Shown here: positions 30,955-45,708 of the stretch, piece after piece
Layout of the letters: each line of letters opens with the position of its first letter
How positions within the stretch are numbered: the first letter of the stretch is position 1
Source of the DNA: the human T2T-CHM13v2.0 reference genome, Homo sapiens
Length of the DNA: 64,000 nt
NCBI RefSeq assembly: GCF_009914755.1
Contig: NC_060931.1
Direction: 5' to 3' (one strand)
The notes under the pieces: generated by a model
What the model was told of the DNA's origin: nothing
Seen by the model: only the letters and a program-made list of their open reading frames with translations
Database searches by the model: none
Translations under genes and position numbers: made by a program

Positions 30955-31409
30955 AAAAACTTTATTGGTATAAAATTCATTTATTCCTCACTATAAAATG
31001 ATAACACAATGAAGTAGTCAGGAATAGCTCATTTAGAAAATGAGCTAGGCTTACAGAGTTTACTTGGCTCAATTAAAATTATAGAGCTTCAGAACAGTAG
31101 AGACTACATTCAAACTAAATTCTGCCTGATGCTAATGGATTTGCCATTTCTCTAAACCCGCTTGTAATTCATGATTAATTTTAGAGTACTAAAATTTGAA
31201 AAGCTGCACATGGTTTGGCACATCAAATTTCTCCTAGTGAAGATAACTCTGTGGAATAAAATCCGTAGTGGAGTGTTGCTCTAAAACTTACTTTAATCAT
31301 GTTGTATTCACTAGTGGCCTTCTCTTAAGTAATTCTGTTGATTTTAAGCACTTCCTCCAGAAAGAGCTTTTTGCCTGGGGAATAAAGTGCCTTAGTCTGG
31401 TAAACTTAC

Positions 31410-31464
31410 CTAAAGAAATATCCAGCAAGCAAAATGAATTGACGGTTAAGGCTCACTATTAAAA
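31410..31464 (-). pseudogene. Pseudo-exon LIVSLNRQFILLAGYFF
   Basis: Acceptor tatttcag|, donor TAG|gtaagt; 55 nt, phase 1 to 2; resembles recalled ELKPQLRLLLSHFH. Confidence 0.55.
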
Positions 31465-32384
31465 CTGAAATATCATACTCATGAGTCAGACTTTTCAGAG
31501 CATCAATCCTTTGAAGACTGGGAAGCAGACCAAAAACGGCCTCACCTGTCTGTGGACCTGGATCCCCTAACTAGAGAGCCCTCTTGAGGTGTTTTATTCT
31601 GCAGATCTCTAGACAAAGCCTGAGCCTGTGAATCAAAAGGCAGTGTATGCACTTTTGTGGAAATGTAGCATGCATCAGCACTTTATTTCTTTTGATGGTT
31701 TAATAATATTCTATTGTATGAATACAGTATACTTTGTTTATCCATTTATCAGTTAATGGACATTTGGGTTGTTTTCACTTTTTGAGGATTATGAATAATG
31801 CTGTTATAAGTATTCATGTCCAAGTTATTTTGTGAACATATGTTTTTAATTCTCTTGAGTGGAATTCTAGGAGTGGAATTGCTGAGTCATACGGAAACTC
31901 GATGTTTAACTTTTTGAGAAACTGCCAAATTGTTTTCCAAATTGGCTGCATTGTATTACATTCCCACTAGCACTATATGAGTGTTCCAATTTCTCTCCAT
32001 CCTCGCCAACACTCATATTTGTCTTTTTGATTATAGCTATCCTAGTGGGTGTAAAGTGATATCTCATTATGTTTTGATTTGCATTTCCCTAATGACTATG
32101 ATATTGAGTATCTTTTCATATGCTTATTGGCCATTTGTTTATTTTGTTTGGATAAATAAAATAAATGTCTATTTAAATCCTCTGTCCGTTTTTTCAGTTG
32201 GGCTGTTTATCTTCTTGTTGAGTTGTAAGAATTCTTTATTTATTCTGGATACAGGCTCATTATCACATACGTGAATTGCAAATATTCTTTCTTAGCCTAT
32301 AGATTATTTTCATTTTCTTGATAATGTCCTTTTGTGTGTGTGTGAAGAGGGGAATTACATTTCTGATCTTCTGGGACTCTTTCA

Positions 32385-35300
32385 GTTTTATTTTATTCAT
32401 TTATTTATTTATATATTTTTAAATTTATCTTTTATGGGTACATGGTAGGTGTATATATTTATGGGGTACATGAGATATTTGATACAAGCATACAATCAGT
32501 AATAATTACATCAGGTTTAATGGGGTAGACATCACCTCAAGGATTTATCCCTTCTTCATGTTACAAACAATCCACTTATACTCTGTTAGTTTTTTAAAAT
32601 GTACAATAAATTGTTGTTAACTGTAGTTACCCTGTTGTGCTATCAAATACTAGATCTTATTCATTCTATATAACTATATTTTTGTACCCATTAACAATCT
32701 CTGCTTTCCCCCTACCCACCCACTATCTTTCCCAGCCTCTGGTAACCATTCTTCTACTCTCCTTCTCCATGAGTTCAATTGTTTTAATTTATTTGGCTCC
32801 TAGAAATAAGTAAGTGCAAGCTAAGTTTGTATTCCTGTGACTGGCTTATTTCACGTAACATAATGACCTCCAGTTCCATCCATGTCGTTGCAAATGATAG
32901 GTTCTCATTCTTTTTTTATGTCTGAATAGTACTCCATTGTGTATATGTACCACGTTTTCCTTATCCATTCACCTGTTGATGGACACTTGGTTGCTTCCAA
33001 ATTTTGGCTAAATAGTGCTGCAATAAACATGGGAGTGCAAATATCTCTTCAATAATACTGATTTCTTTTCTTTTGAGTATATACCCAGCAGTGAGATTGC
33101 TGGATTATATGGTAGCTCTATTTTTAATGTTTTGAGGAACCCCTAAATTGTTCTCCATAGTGGTTGTACTAATTTACACTCCCGCTAACAGTATACGAGT
33201 GTTCTCTTTTCTTCACATCCTTGCCAGCATTTGTTACTGCCTGCATTTTGGGTAAAGGCCATTTTAACTGGGGTGAGATGAGACCTCATTGTAGCTTTGA
33301 TTTGCATTTATCTGATAATCAATGATGCTGAACACTTTTTCATATGCCTGTTTGCTATTTGTTTGTCTTCTTTTGAGACATGTCTATTCAGAGCTTTTGC
33401 TTATTTTAAAATCAAATTATTAGATTTTTTCTTATTGAGTTGTTTGTGCTCCTTATTTATTCTGGTTATTAATCCCTTGTCAGGTGGATAGTTTGCAAAT
33501 ATTTTCTCCCATTCTGTGGGTTGTCTCTTCCCTTTGTTGATTGTTCCTTTTGCTGTGCAGAAGTTTATAAACTTGATATGATCCCATTTGTCCATTTTTG
33601 CTTTGGTTGCCTGTGCTGGTAGGGTATTACTCAAAAAAACTTCTCTCAGACCAATGTCTTCGAGAGCTTCTCCAGTGTTTTCTTGTAGTAGTTTTATAAT
33701 TTTGGGTCTTATATTTAAGTCAAGCTTGTCCAACCCATGGCCCATGGGCCACACGCAGTGCAGGACAGCATTGAATGAGGCCCAACACAAATTTGTAAAC
33801 TTTCCTAAAACATTATGAGATTTATTTATTTATTTATTTTTACTTCATTAGTTATTGTTAGCGTTAGTGTATTTTATGTGTGGCCCCAAACCTTTCTTTT
33901 TCTTCCATTATGGCCCAGGGAAGCCAAAAGATTACACACCCCTGATTTAAGTCTTTTATTCATTTTGATTTAATTTTTTTGTACGTGTGAGAGATAGGGA
34001 TCTAGTTTAATTCTTCTGCATATGAATATCCAGCTTTCCAAGCACCATTAGTTGAAGAGACTGACCTTTCCCTAATGTATGTTCTTGGCACCTTTATAAA
34101 AAAAATGAGTTTACTGTAAATGTATAGATTTATTTCTGGGTTCTGTAGTCTGTTTCATTGGTCTATGTGTCGATTTTTATGCCAGTACCATGCTGTTTTG
34201 GTCACTATAGCTCTAGTATAATTTGAAGTCAGGTAATATGAGTCCTCCAGTTTTGTTCTTTTTGCTCAGGGTAGTTTTGGCTATTTTGGATCTTTTGTAC
34301 TTCAATATAAATTTTAGGATTATTTTTTCTATTTTTGTGAAGAATGCCATTGGTATTTTGATAGGGATTACATTGAATCTGTAGATTGTTTTGGGTAGTA
34401 TGAATATTTAAAAAATATTGATTCTTCCAATTCACGAACATGGAATATCTTTCCATTTCCTGTGTATTATTTTGAATTTCTGGCGTCAATGTTTTATAGT
34501 TTTCATCATAGAGATCTTTCACTTCTTCAGTTAATTCCTAAGTATTTTATTTTATTCATAGCTATTGTAAATGGGATTACTTTATGATTTCTTTTTCAGA
34601 TTGTTCACATATAGAAATGCTACTGATATTTGCATGTTGATTTTGTATCCTGCATCTTTAAAGAATTTATCATTTTTAATAGTTTTTGTGCAGTCTTTAG
34701 GTTTTTCTAAATATAAGATCATATCATTTGCAAGCAAAGATACTTTGACTTCCTCTTTTCCAATTTAGATGCCCTTTATTTCTTTCTCTTTTCTGATTGC
34801 TCTGGGTAGGACTTCCAGTACTATGTTGAATAAGAGTGGTGACACTAGGCATCCTTGTCTTGTTCCAGATCTTAGAGGAAAGGCTTTTAGTTCTTCTCCA
34901 TTTAGTATGATAGTAGTTGTATATGGCTTTTATTGTGTTGAGGTATGTTCCTTCTATACTCAGTTTCTGAGAGTTTTTTTTTTTAATCGTGAAGGGATGT
35001 TGAATTTTATCAAATTTCTTCAGCATCAATTAAAATGATCATTTATTTTGTCCTTCATTCTGTTGATATGATGTATCAGATTGATTGACTTGCATATGTT
35101 GAACCATCCTTGCCACCCTTGCATAAATCCTGCTCGGTCATAATGAATGATCTTTTTAATGTGTTGCTGAATTTAGTTTGCTAGTATTTTACTAGGATTT
35201 TTGCATCAATGTTCATCAAAGATATTGGCCTGTAGTTTTCTCTTTTTTTTATGTGACTCTATCTGATTTAGGTATCAAGATAATACTGGCCTTATAGAAA

Positions 35301-35413
35301 AAGTTGGCAAGTATTCCCTCCCCTCTAATTTTTGGAAAAGTTTGGGTAGGATTAGTATTATATCTTCTTTAAATGTTTGATAAAATTCAGTAGTGAAGCC
35401 ATCGTGTCCTGGG
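32385..35413 (-). mobile_element. 5'-truncated L1MA (about L1MA2-3)
   Basis: gggtacatggtaggtgtatatatttatggggtacatgagata 3' end; ORF2 remnants (MKDLYDENYKTL, FDKIQHPF). Confidence 0.92.
33721..33944. mobile_element. MER30 (hAT-Charlie) nested in L1MA
   Basis: caagcttgtccaacc..cacccctg with perfect 8-bp TSD atttaagt. Confidence 0.92.
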
Positions 35414-35749
35414 TGATAGTGTCCTTTCATGTACACAACTTTTAAATTTATGAAATCTAGTTTATTTATTTATTTACTTCTGTAGGAAGTCTCTGTGCTA
35501 ATTTACTGATACAAAAATTAAAAGCCAACTTCCAGTAAGAAATCATTCACTACTGTGTTTCCATACCATCCAAACAAATTAGCTACTGGAACAAAGATCC
35601 ACCATTCCTAACCTTGGGGAATGAACTCTCTCCCACAGATTTCTCAAAAAGATCATCAAATCCTCATAAAAAAACATTCCCGTATAAGTCCCATGATCCT
35701 TAAATCCAGCTATTTCTTATCCATCTTTCAGCACTTGGCTTATATGCCA

Positions 35750-36370
<621 letters not shown>

Positions 36371-36542
36371 TTCAACAACATTAATAAAATTATTGATTTT
36401 CATAGGGCTGTTTCTTGTATTATTTCTCAGATTCTAACAATTATTTTAGGCCTAAATGCAGCTCAGGAAATGCAATTGTATGGAAGGTGAAAAGCCACAT
36501 TCCCAACACAAAATTTTCTGATGGTCTGAATTTAAGTAGTAC

Positions 36543-36645
36543 TTCAAAGATATATAGATCTTTCTTAGGTATTCCTTCAAAAATCTTTAATATATTTAAT
36601 CTCAACTGAATAAGTATAGTGGCAGATGGTTCAACGTCACAGTTG
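36543..36645 (-). pseudogene. Candidate pseudo-exon TVTLNHLPLYLFS*..
   Basis: Acceptor tccgtttttctcag|; multiple stops in this frame; donor uncertain. Confidence 0.3.
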
Positions 36646-37789
36646 CTGAGAAAAACGGACATGATTTTCCTTCAAGGTACTTTTTGGATATTCTCCACAA
36701 TATAGGTAAATGTGCAATGATTGTCCACATTCTATCCTAGGACTGCAAAAATTAGATTTTCAAAAATTTTCTCTTTAGCAATCAAGGCCAAAAATATTGT
36801 GTGTGTGTGTGTGTTTTACATTGGGGAGGGGCTACGGGCAGTGGGTAGTGAGGATACATGCAGCCTAAAGAGCACTCCAGAGCTCTGCCTCAAACTCAGA
36901 AGGTCTGCTGTCTTTTAGTCTCTGTATAAGATGTATTTAAAGTGATCTTATTTTTTGATTTTCTAAATAGAAGTTTTAAACCTCCAGTCTGAAAAACACT
37001 GGTTGCAGGAATTTGGGCCTGGAAAACTCTTAAATCTAGGTAATAAAACGTATCTTTCCCATAAGTTTACCCTGGAAATCTTTTTTACTTCTTCCCTTTC
37101 CTATAACCAGCTAAAGTGCTACCCATATGACCACCCCGACCCCCACCAGGAAGTTATGTAACCATCTGGGTTTTGTTTTCCTCGTGTCAAAAATAAGAAT
37201 GCTAATAGCATCTACTTTGCGTGATTTTAAGCATACATGCAAAACCGACAGTGAAGTGGCTCACTGTGGTGCCTGGCAGAAGTTGAGCAGAAAGCTCAGT
37301 AAATTTTGGTGTTCTGCATCCAAATTGGCTTTTCATCATAATGAGTAGATGTCTGTTTTCTGCTCATCTGCAGGCTACAGTTGTATGAGGTTAGGCCCTA
37401 CTATGTGCAGTGCAGGTACATAATGGTACAAAAGAAGGAGTGGTCACTTCACCTGGAGGAAGTCAGAGCAAATTTCTAGGAAGAGAAAAGCCTTATGTTT
37501 GGTTTTGGAGGTTGAGGGGTTGTTTAAAGGGTGGGAAAGGTGAGGTAGAATGGGGAAGATGGAGGAGTTCATTACTTTAATAAGGCCATAATCATACCAC
37601 AGTGCTCTGATTGCCAGAGGACTGTGCATAGTTTAGAGTGTTAACATAGCTTATCTTGGTCTGCCTTGTACCGGTCTTGCAAGGTGTGTACTGATGCATG
37701 CAGCATTGAAGACCAGAGGCAAGCTATGCTGCACTGTGGGCTGACCCACAGTGCACGGAAGGGAGCAGTGGGAAATGCAGTGCCAGAGT

Positions 37790-39747
37790 AGGCCCAGATT
37801 CATGGAGGGCCTTTTTTACATACTAACAAAAGAAAATTCAAGTACCGTACACAGAAAGATCAAAGGTAGGCCTTTGGTGAAGCAGTTGCACGGGTCTTAC
37901 ACTCATAAGGGTCTTCTTGCTTGTGGTGCAATGTTCTGCTGTTGCCGTTTTGAAATCCTTCATACACACAATCCTCATGTTTTACAGTAATACAGGACCT
38001 GAAAGATGACTGTGCAGGTGGAAATTGTGTAATGATCTTCGTCTATCTTTGGGGAAATGATGATTGTTCTGTTACTTTTTACATTTTTTGTCAAAATGCT
38101 AAAAACTCCCTTCCCATCAGTTACAAATGTGTAGTAAGCAGAAAATAAATAGTAAAAATAATACTTACTTAGTGCACTGTAATTTAAAATGTTAAAAACA
38201 TTGAGAATTGAAAAGTTTCTCTCCTTATAAAAAACGCATCAAGAGTAGATTGAACAATACTTTTATATTTTTAGTGTTGCTCAATATCTCTGAGAGATTC
38301 TTAAATGTCAATTTCTTTATGGCAGCATCACTTCCTCTATTACATCTCCCTCCTTGTCATCATAACCACTTTCTTCACGTCTGTTAACAAATTTGCTCCT
38401 GAACAGTGGCAGGATCAACCTTCCCAAGGACAGCTATGTGTTCTGCAACTCAATTTTCTTTCAATTCAAATTTCACTTCCAGCACTACCACTTTTGATTT
38501 CTTTGCTGCATTTGCATCGTTGTGGGCTAATTCCCTCTTTTCATGAGCCAACTTTTTCAAATATCACACGTGTTCATCGTGGGGAGATAAAGAGCCAATA
38601 TAACGGCACACTTTGCCATTTGTATGTGAAAGCAGAGGTGCAGGGGCCAATCACTGACTGACTTTGGAAGAAGCAATGTGATTGGTCAATGATCACGATG
38701 CACATCTGTTATTTATACAGTGATTTGTGGACTGGAATCATTCGTAGTTAATATACCAGGGTAGCTGAAACTTGAACTGTGTTTTGCGGGGCTGGTGTAA
38801 TTAAATGGTGGTAATTGATAGGCCTGCACATTAGAACTATACGAAGCAAGGGCTGCCTTTAATTTTACGTTTGCACTTGTGTTTTTTCAGTGATGCCAGT
38901 GGAACAATGGAGCATGCTGAGGGCAGGGGAGACACAAGCAGTATTCACGGTTACCGCCAGTCCTTACTCTGCCATTTACAGTATTTCTGCAATGACTCAT
39001 GAGCACAGAATTACAGCAGCCCCTCTATGAGTGGTAGCCCAGGAGGTTCGAGAGGAGTGGAAAGAAAGTGCATTATATCTAGGACTAAGTGAGAGTATTG
39101 CAGCCTCCAGAGACTACACTTTTCAAATGAACCAAAACTTGCACCAGATGTGGAAAGAAAGCAATCAAATTCTAAGACACAAGAATAACTAAGGGACCTA
39201 ATGATCTCTTACTCACTGTGTTACCTCTAGCTGGCCCTTTTCACTTAAAATGGTAACATAGAAAGAAAGGAAAAGATAGGGCCACTAATATTAATAGTTC
39301 CTTTTCTTTCAGTCCTTTCTTACTCATCAATTATCCAAAAGTAAAGAGTGTTGGTAGAATGTGCATGTATCAAGATGTGAAAAAAATAGTTTACTTATTT
39401 TTGTGTAGTATTTCTACTGTTCTGATGTGAATAAAATACATAGGCATTATGAGCTATGAAATAGGAATTGTGTCATTTCAGTGATTCTATGTATCAGTTA
39501 AAGGCTCTTACATTAGCATTTAAAATAGTTCCACAATATGATAATATTCATGCTAATAATTTAAAAATTTATTTATTCTTCACTTAGAAGGACATTAACT
39601 AAATATGAGATCAAAAGACAGTCTGTAAAGAAAGAAAAAAGCTTTATATTTTGATAGCCTCAATGACATTCTTTTCCTACTTCTTAAATAAGAGGCCCCA
39701 TATTTTCATTTTGCACAGGGCCCTGCAATTTATGTAGCCAACCCTGC
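37790..39747 (+). mobile_element. MER97-like hAT-Tip100 element split by Tigger8
   Basis: ctgctgttgccgttttgaaatcctt; ggaaaagataggg..gagtgttggtagaatgtgc; end ttttcattttgcacagggccctgcaatttatgtagccaaccctg. Confidence 0.75.
37965..38858. mobile_element. Tigger8-like DNA transposon
   Basis: aatcctca..aaagatgactgtgcagg..tagtgcactgtaatttaaaa..acattgagaatt matches recalled consensus. Confidence 0.7.
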
Positions 39748-39852
39748 CTTTGGTGTTTCTAATGCCTCCTGTGTACATAGTGCTTAGGGATATTTGGGGC
39801 CTTTTTTTGCTATTAATCATGAAAGCACTGAAAGGTCTCATGCAAGAAAGAC

Positions 39853-39965
39853 ATATATATATATATATATATGTTTTTCTATATATGTGATTTTATACAC
39901 ACACACACACATATATATATACACATATATACACAGACATACAAATACATATATGCAAATCACAC
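39853..39965. repeat. (TA)n/(CA)n low-complexity tract
   Basis: Direct read. Confidence 0.9.
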
Positions 39966-40551
39966 AGGCATCAGTGTGAAGAATGAGTTGGATTTAAAGC
40001 TCTTTTTCACGTATCAAGTGATAAACTGTAGATTCTGAGTAAGCTGAGATCACATAACAACCCCTCAGAACAAAAACACAACAACTAAAACAATGACAAC
40101 CTTGTACTTTTGCATTTCATTCATGTCTTAGAGAGTACAGTTTATGAACCCATAATTTCATCTCACTCTAGGGAAAACCTAATGATATGTTTTCTGAATA
40201 AGAAACTGAGTTGAAAAGAGATTTTTTTTCAAGTATCAGCAAGTCAGCAAGTGCTAGCAATGAATTGTGAACCCAGGTGTGCCAGCAACTGAATAGTTTG
40301 CCCCAAGCACCATTCCTATGGATTATCTCCATATGAAAGATCACAAAATCACTGTGTCTCCACAAATCCTTTTCACACTGTCGGAGGACAGTGGCCACAT
40401 GCTGTAACGCTTGCACTAAAGCCACAGCAATTTCTCCTTTACTTTTTCCACGAAAAGTCCACAACCAGCTCCTTAGACTATTAAATATATTGTAACACAT
40501 TCATATGGAGTAATATTTTGTGATCTTTCAAAACAGAGAGACAGAGCTGTG

Positions 40552-43254
40552 CAGATACCCCTTGTTTTATTGCACTTAGCAAATGTTGCATTTTTCACAA
40601 ATTGAAGGTTTGGGCCAAACCTGCATCAAACAAGTCTATCAGTGCCATTTTAACAACAGCATGTGTTCACTTTGTGTCTCTGAGCCACATTTTAGTAATT
40701 CTCATACTATTTCAGGCTTTTTCATTATTATATCTGTTATGGTGGTTTGTGATCAGTGATCTCTAATGTTATAATTGTAATTGTTTTGGGGTACCACAAG
40801 CCATGCCCACATAAGATAGCCAACTTAATTGATAACTGTTGTGTGTGTTTGAGTTGCTCTACCCAGTGGCCATTCCCCATCTCTATCTCTCTCCATGGGC
40901 TTCCCTCTTCCCTGACAGAAAACAATATGGAGATTCAGCCAACTAATAACCTTCTAATGGCCTTGAAGTGTTTCAGTGACAGGAGGAGTTGCATGTCTCT
41001 CACTTTAAATCAAAAGCTAGAAATGATTAAACTTAGTGAGGAAGGCATGTTGAAAGTTGAGACAGGGCAAAAGCTAAGCCTCTTGTTCCTAACAGTGAGC
41101 CAAATCCTAAGTGCAAAGGAAAAGTTATTGAAGTGAACTAAAAGTAAACTCAAGACAATGCATGAATGATAGAAAAGTGAAACAGCCTTATTGCTGATAT
41201 GGAGAAAGTTTAAGTAATCTGAATAGATCAAACCAGCCACAACATTCCCTCAAGCCAATGCCTAATCCAAAGCAAGGCTCTAACTCTCTTCAATTCTATG
41301 AAGGCTGAGAGAGGTGAGGAAGTTGCAGAAGAAAAGTTGGGAGCTAGCAGAGGTTGGTTCATGAGGTTTTCAGGAAAGAAGCTGTCTCCATGACATAATG
41401 ATACAAGGTGAAGCAGCAAATGCTGGTGTAGCAGCTGCAGCAAGATATCAAGAATATCTAGCTAAGGTCATTGATGAAGGCGGCCACATTAAAAAAGCAG
41501 ATTTTCAGTGTAGACAAAGAGCCTTCTATTAGAAGAAGATACCATCCAGGTTTCTCATAGCTAGAGAGAAGAAGTCAACGATTGGATTCAAAGCTTCAAA
41601 GACCAGCCTGACCAACATGGAGAAACCCCATCTTTACTAAAAATACAAAATTAGCTGGGCGTGGTGGCACATGCCTGTAATCCTAGCTACTTAGGAGGCT
41701 GAGGCAGGAGAATCGCTTGACCGGGAGGCGGAAGTCGTGGTGAGCCAAGATCGCACCATTGCACTCCAGCCTGGGTAACAAGAGCAATACTCTGTCTAAA
41801 AAAAAAAAAAAAAAAGCTTCAAAAGCTTCAAAGGACCACTGACTCTTTTATTAGGGACTGATTGATAACAGCTAGTGACTTTAAGTTGAAGCCAAGTTGA
41901 GCATTATGTTGAATGCTCATTCGGAAAATCTAAGCTTAAGAATTATGCTAAATTTACTCTGTCTATGCTCTATAAATGGAAGAACAAAGAGTGAATAACA
42001 GCATATCTGCTTATGGCATGTTTTACTGAATATTGTAAGCCCACTGTTAAGGCTTCCTGCTCAGAAAAAAAAAAAAAGATTCCTTTCAAAATATTACTGC
42101 TCACTGACAATGAACCTTGTCTTCCAAGAGCTCTGATGGAGATGTATAAGGAGATGAATGTTGTTTTCATGCCCGCTAATACAGCATCCTCTGCAGACCA
42201 TGAATCAAAGAATAGTTTTGACTTTCAAGTCTTAGTATTTAAGAAATAAATTTTGTAAGGCTGTATCTGCCATGGATAGTGATCCCTCTGATGGATATGG
42301 GCCAAGTAAATTGAAAACCTCCTGGAAAAGATTTACCATTCTAGATGCCGTTAAGAACATTTTTGATTAATGGGAGGAGTTAAACCATATTAATATTAAC
42401 AGGAGTTCAGAAAAGGTTGATTCTAACCCTCATGAACATTTTTAGGAGCTTCTAGACTTCAGTTGAGAAAGCCACTACAGATGTAAAGGAAATAACCAGA
42501 TAACTAGAATTATAAAATTATAAAAATTATAAAATATAAAATATTCTGTAAACCATGCCATAAGCAGATATGATGTTATTCAGTGGGACCCAAAGATGTG
42601 ACTAAATTGCTGCAATTTCATGATAAAATTGAATGGTTGAGGAGTTGCTTCTCATGGATGAGCCAATGAAGTGGTTTCTTGATGTGGATTCTACTCCTGG
42701 TAAAGATGCTGTAAACATCATTGAAATGACAACAAAGGATTTAGAATATTACATAAACTTAGTTGATAAAGTAGTGGCAGAGTTTAAGAGTATTGACCCA
42801 AATTTTGAAATAAATTCTACTGTGGGTAAAATGCTATCAAACAATATAGCATGCCACAGAGAAATCTTTTGTAAAAGGAAGAGTCCATGAAAGTGACAAA
42901 CTTTATTGTTGTCTTATTTTAAGAAATTGCCACAACCTCTCCAACCTTTAGCAACCACCACCCTGATCAGTCAGCAGTCATCAATGTTGTGGCAAGACTC
43001 TCCACCAGAAAAAATATTACAATTCACTGAAGGCTCAGATAATTGTTAACATTTTTAGTAATAAAGTATATTTTAATTATAGTTTTGATTTTTAAATATT
43101 ATGTTATTGAATACTTGATAGACTACAGTCTCTGTACATATAACTTTTATATGCACTGAGAAATGAAAAAAATATATCAGATTCACAGTATTTGAATGTT
43201 CACTTTATGGCTGTGGTTTCAAACTGAACTTGAATTATCTTGGAGGTATGCCTG
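40552..43254 (+). mobile_element. Near full-length Tigger1 (pogo-like transposase remnant)
   Basis: TIRs cagataccc.. / ..gaggtatgcctg-TA; peptides [46 protein letters not shown]. Confidence 0.95.
41601..41815 (+). mobile_element. 5'-truncated AluSp in Tigger1
   Basis: ctgaccaacatggagaaacccc diagnostic; TSD aaagcttcaaa. Confidence 0.92.
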
Positions 43255-43379
43255 TATATGGTCACTTGCATAATCAGAAAAATATAGATAAAAGGAAAAA
43301 CAAGAATTTAATGTATTTAAAGAGTAATATTAATAGTAAAAGTTACTATTTTAAATGTTAGTTTAGCTCTTCTGCATTT

Positions 43380-45505
43380 GAAGCACAAACTACATAGAAA
43401 AAAAAGCCTAACAGAGCGTGTGCCAGTTCTCTCTACATAAAACATTTTTGAGAGAAATTAAGACATATATAGATGGATATACCATGTTCATGGATTGTAA
43501 AACTCTATTGTTAGGATATCTATTCTCAAATCAATCTGTAGATTGAACATAAACATAATCAAAACTCTAGCAGCCTTTTTTTTTTGCAGAATTTGGCAAG
43601 CTAGCTGATTCTAGAGTATATAGATAACAGTTAAATAATGTAGAACAGACAAAACCATCTTGCAAAAGAAAAAGTTGAAGGGATTATACAATATTTATTG
43701 TAATGGTAAAATAATAATTACTATTTGGTATTGACATAATAGACAAATAGACAATGGAACATAACAAAAAGTCCAACAATATATAAAATATGTGGTCAAT
43801 TAACTCTTCTGAATTTCAAATATATGTCTGATTGTGTGTGTGTGTGTATCTTGCTTAGTAAGCTTTTGGGATGTGTAATTTGGTGTCTGTCATCAATTTG
43901 GAAAAAAATTTGGCCATTTTTTTCAAATATGTGTTCTGTCTTGCTTTTATATCCTCCTAGTATTTCAATTATATGAATATTAAAATCACTTAATATTTTA
44001 GCATGGTGTTTGGATGTTGTTTTTCTTTCTTATTTTTCTTTGGGCTTAAGTTTAGATAATTTCTATTGACCAACCTTAATTTTTAGTTATTATTTCCTTG
44101 TCACAGTTGGATCTACTGATAATCCAGCCCATCAAATTTGTTCTTTATTATGTTACTGTGTTTTTAATATTTAGCATTTTCTTTTGACTCCTTTGAGTTT
44201 CTGTCTCTGCTAGCGTTATCTATCTCATCCTGTGTGTTATCTATATTTTTCCTTTAACCTCTTTAACATATTATTATTAATCATTGTCATGTCACATTCC
44301 ATGTTTGTTTGATTATTCCAACATCTATGCCATACTGGTGTTTGGTTCTGATAATTGTTTTGTCTCTTTAGACTGTGTTTTTCTTGCCTTTTTAACATGG
44401 CTTGTAAATTTTTTGTTGTGTGGGGTAATAAATACTGAGATTAAATAAGCCTTTAAGAGTTGGGCTGTTTGATGTTTCTTATTCCTACAGGCAGTAGAGG
44501 CATGCAATTTCTCTATTGTCCCTGTTTTTTCTCTTCTCTTGGTTTTGTGGCTTCCATTTGTTCTAGTCCTCAGAGAGAGTGACTTTCTTGCACTTCTTGC
44601 TGTAGTCTACTGTTATTTTTACTAAAAGTTTCCTAACATATTTCTAGGTTATGTGTGTTTGAAGAGAAGAAATCTCTAATCTTTTGATTAATTTACATCC
44701 TTTGGGGTTCATAATGGGCTATCTTGAGGGTGTAGGCCTTCAAAGTTCCCTCATTCGGGGTTAAAACTTTCCCTGTAATCTAATTCATTCCTCCCATGTA
44801 GCTAACAACCTTTGAAATCTGTGCCTTTGGAGCCCTCCCCCTATAAATTATGTTTTTTTGTGTGTGTTTATTTCCTTGCCTGAGGTGACAGAGGAAGGGC
44901 ATTTTGAGCAGTACTGAAACAGGGTAGAGTTCTCCCCCACTAGTTGGGACTGAATTTCACTCTTGTCATGTGGAATCACTGGAATTAAGCCTTCTGTATT
45001 GTAAGGAAGAAAGGTTAGAGAAGATTTCATGATGACCACTTTTCCCCTTTACTGCCAGGGCCAAAGAGAGGTGAGGCCAGGATAGGGAAGGAAAAAAGAA
45101 AGTGGAGAGGAGAGAGAGAGGAGTTGGGGAGTCCTCTCATGAGAGTGTAGTAGGTGGTGGGTCATATGGAAAAAAGCTTAAGAAAGTGTGACCCACATAT
45201 GACTAATGACTCAGGAACTTCTCACCCTCATGCAGCCCACACTCAGCCTCTAGTTTCATGTTCCTACAGGATTATGGGGTACCACGGCTTTCTCTTTAGA
45301 TAAACAGATCTCATCTGCTTTATCTCTTTAGATGCATTCACTGTTCCGTGTGTTGAGGTGGTTGTTTGCTCTGTGATCTCAGTTATCTGATGGGTCCAAA
45401 AAAGGTCACTGATTTTTACATTGTCCAGCTTTTTTCTTGTTGTTAAGGACAGAAGTGATGACTTCCCATCTGTTACATGTCAGAGTTGAAAATGGAAGTC
45501 TACAT
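43380..45505. mobile_element. Old L1M fragments (sense ORF2 43380-43805; antisense ORF1/5' end 43850-45505)
   Basis: tataccatgttcatggattg..caatctgtagatt; 5' end ..gttgaaaatggaagtc. Confidence 0.65.
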
Positions 45506-45708
45506 CCTTAATTTTAAATAGGAATTTAATTTTCATTTAATAAAATTAATAAATATTTTACTTAATGGATTTTCTTTTGGGAGTCAAAAATATAATCCTA
45601 TAATTTATTCTATTAACTTCTTCTATTAACTTTACTCTGTTATATTTTATATCCAAACCTCTAATATGCTGGAATCCACTTGGGAATGTGGTGTAAAGTA
45701 GGGAATCT

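Larger units (their letters stand above)
31660..35475 (-). mobile_element. L1MB fragment (31660-32332, resumes 35414-35475) split by L1MA
   Basis: L1MB-like sequence continues across TSD tgata(a/g)tgtccttt. Confidence 0.8.

Noticed and set aside
40756-42890. Domesticated TIGD-like transposase
   Set aside because: Tigger1 frame is broken by stops, frameshifts and an Alu.
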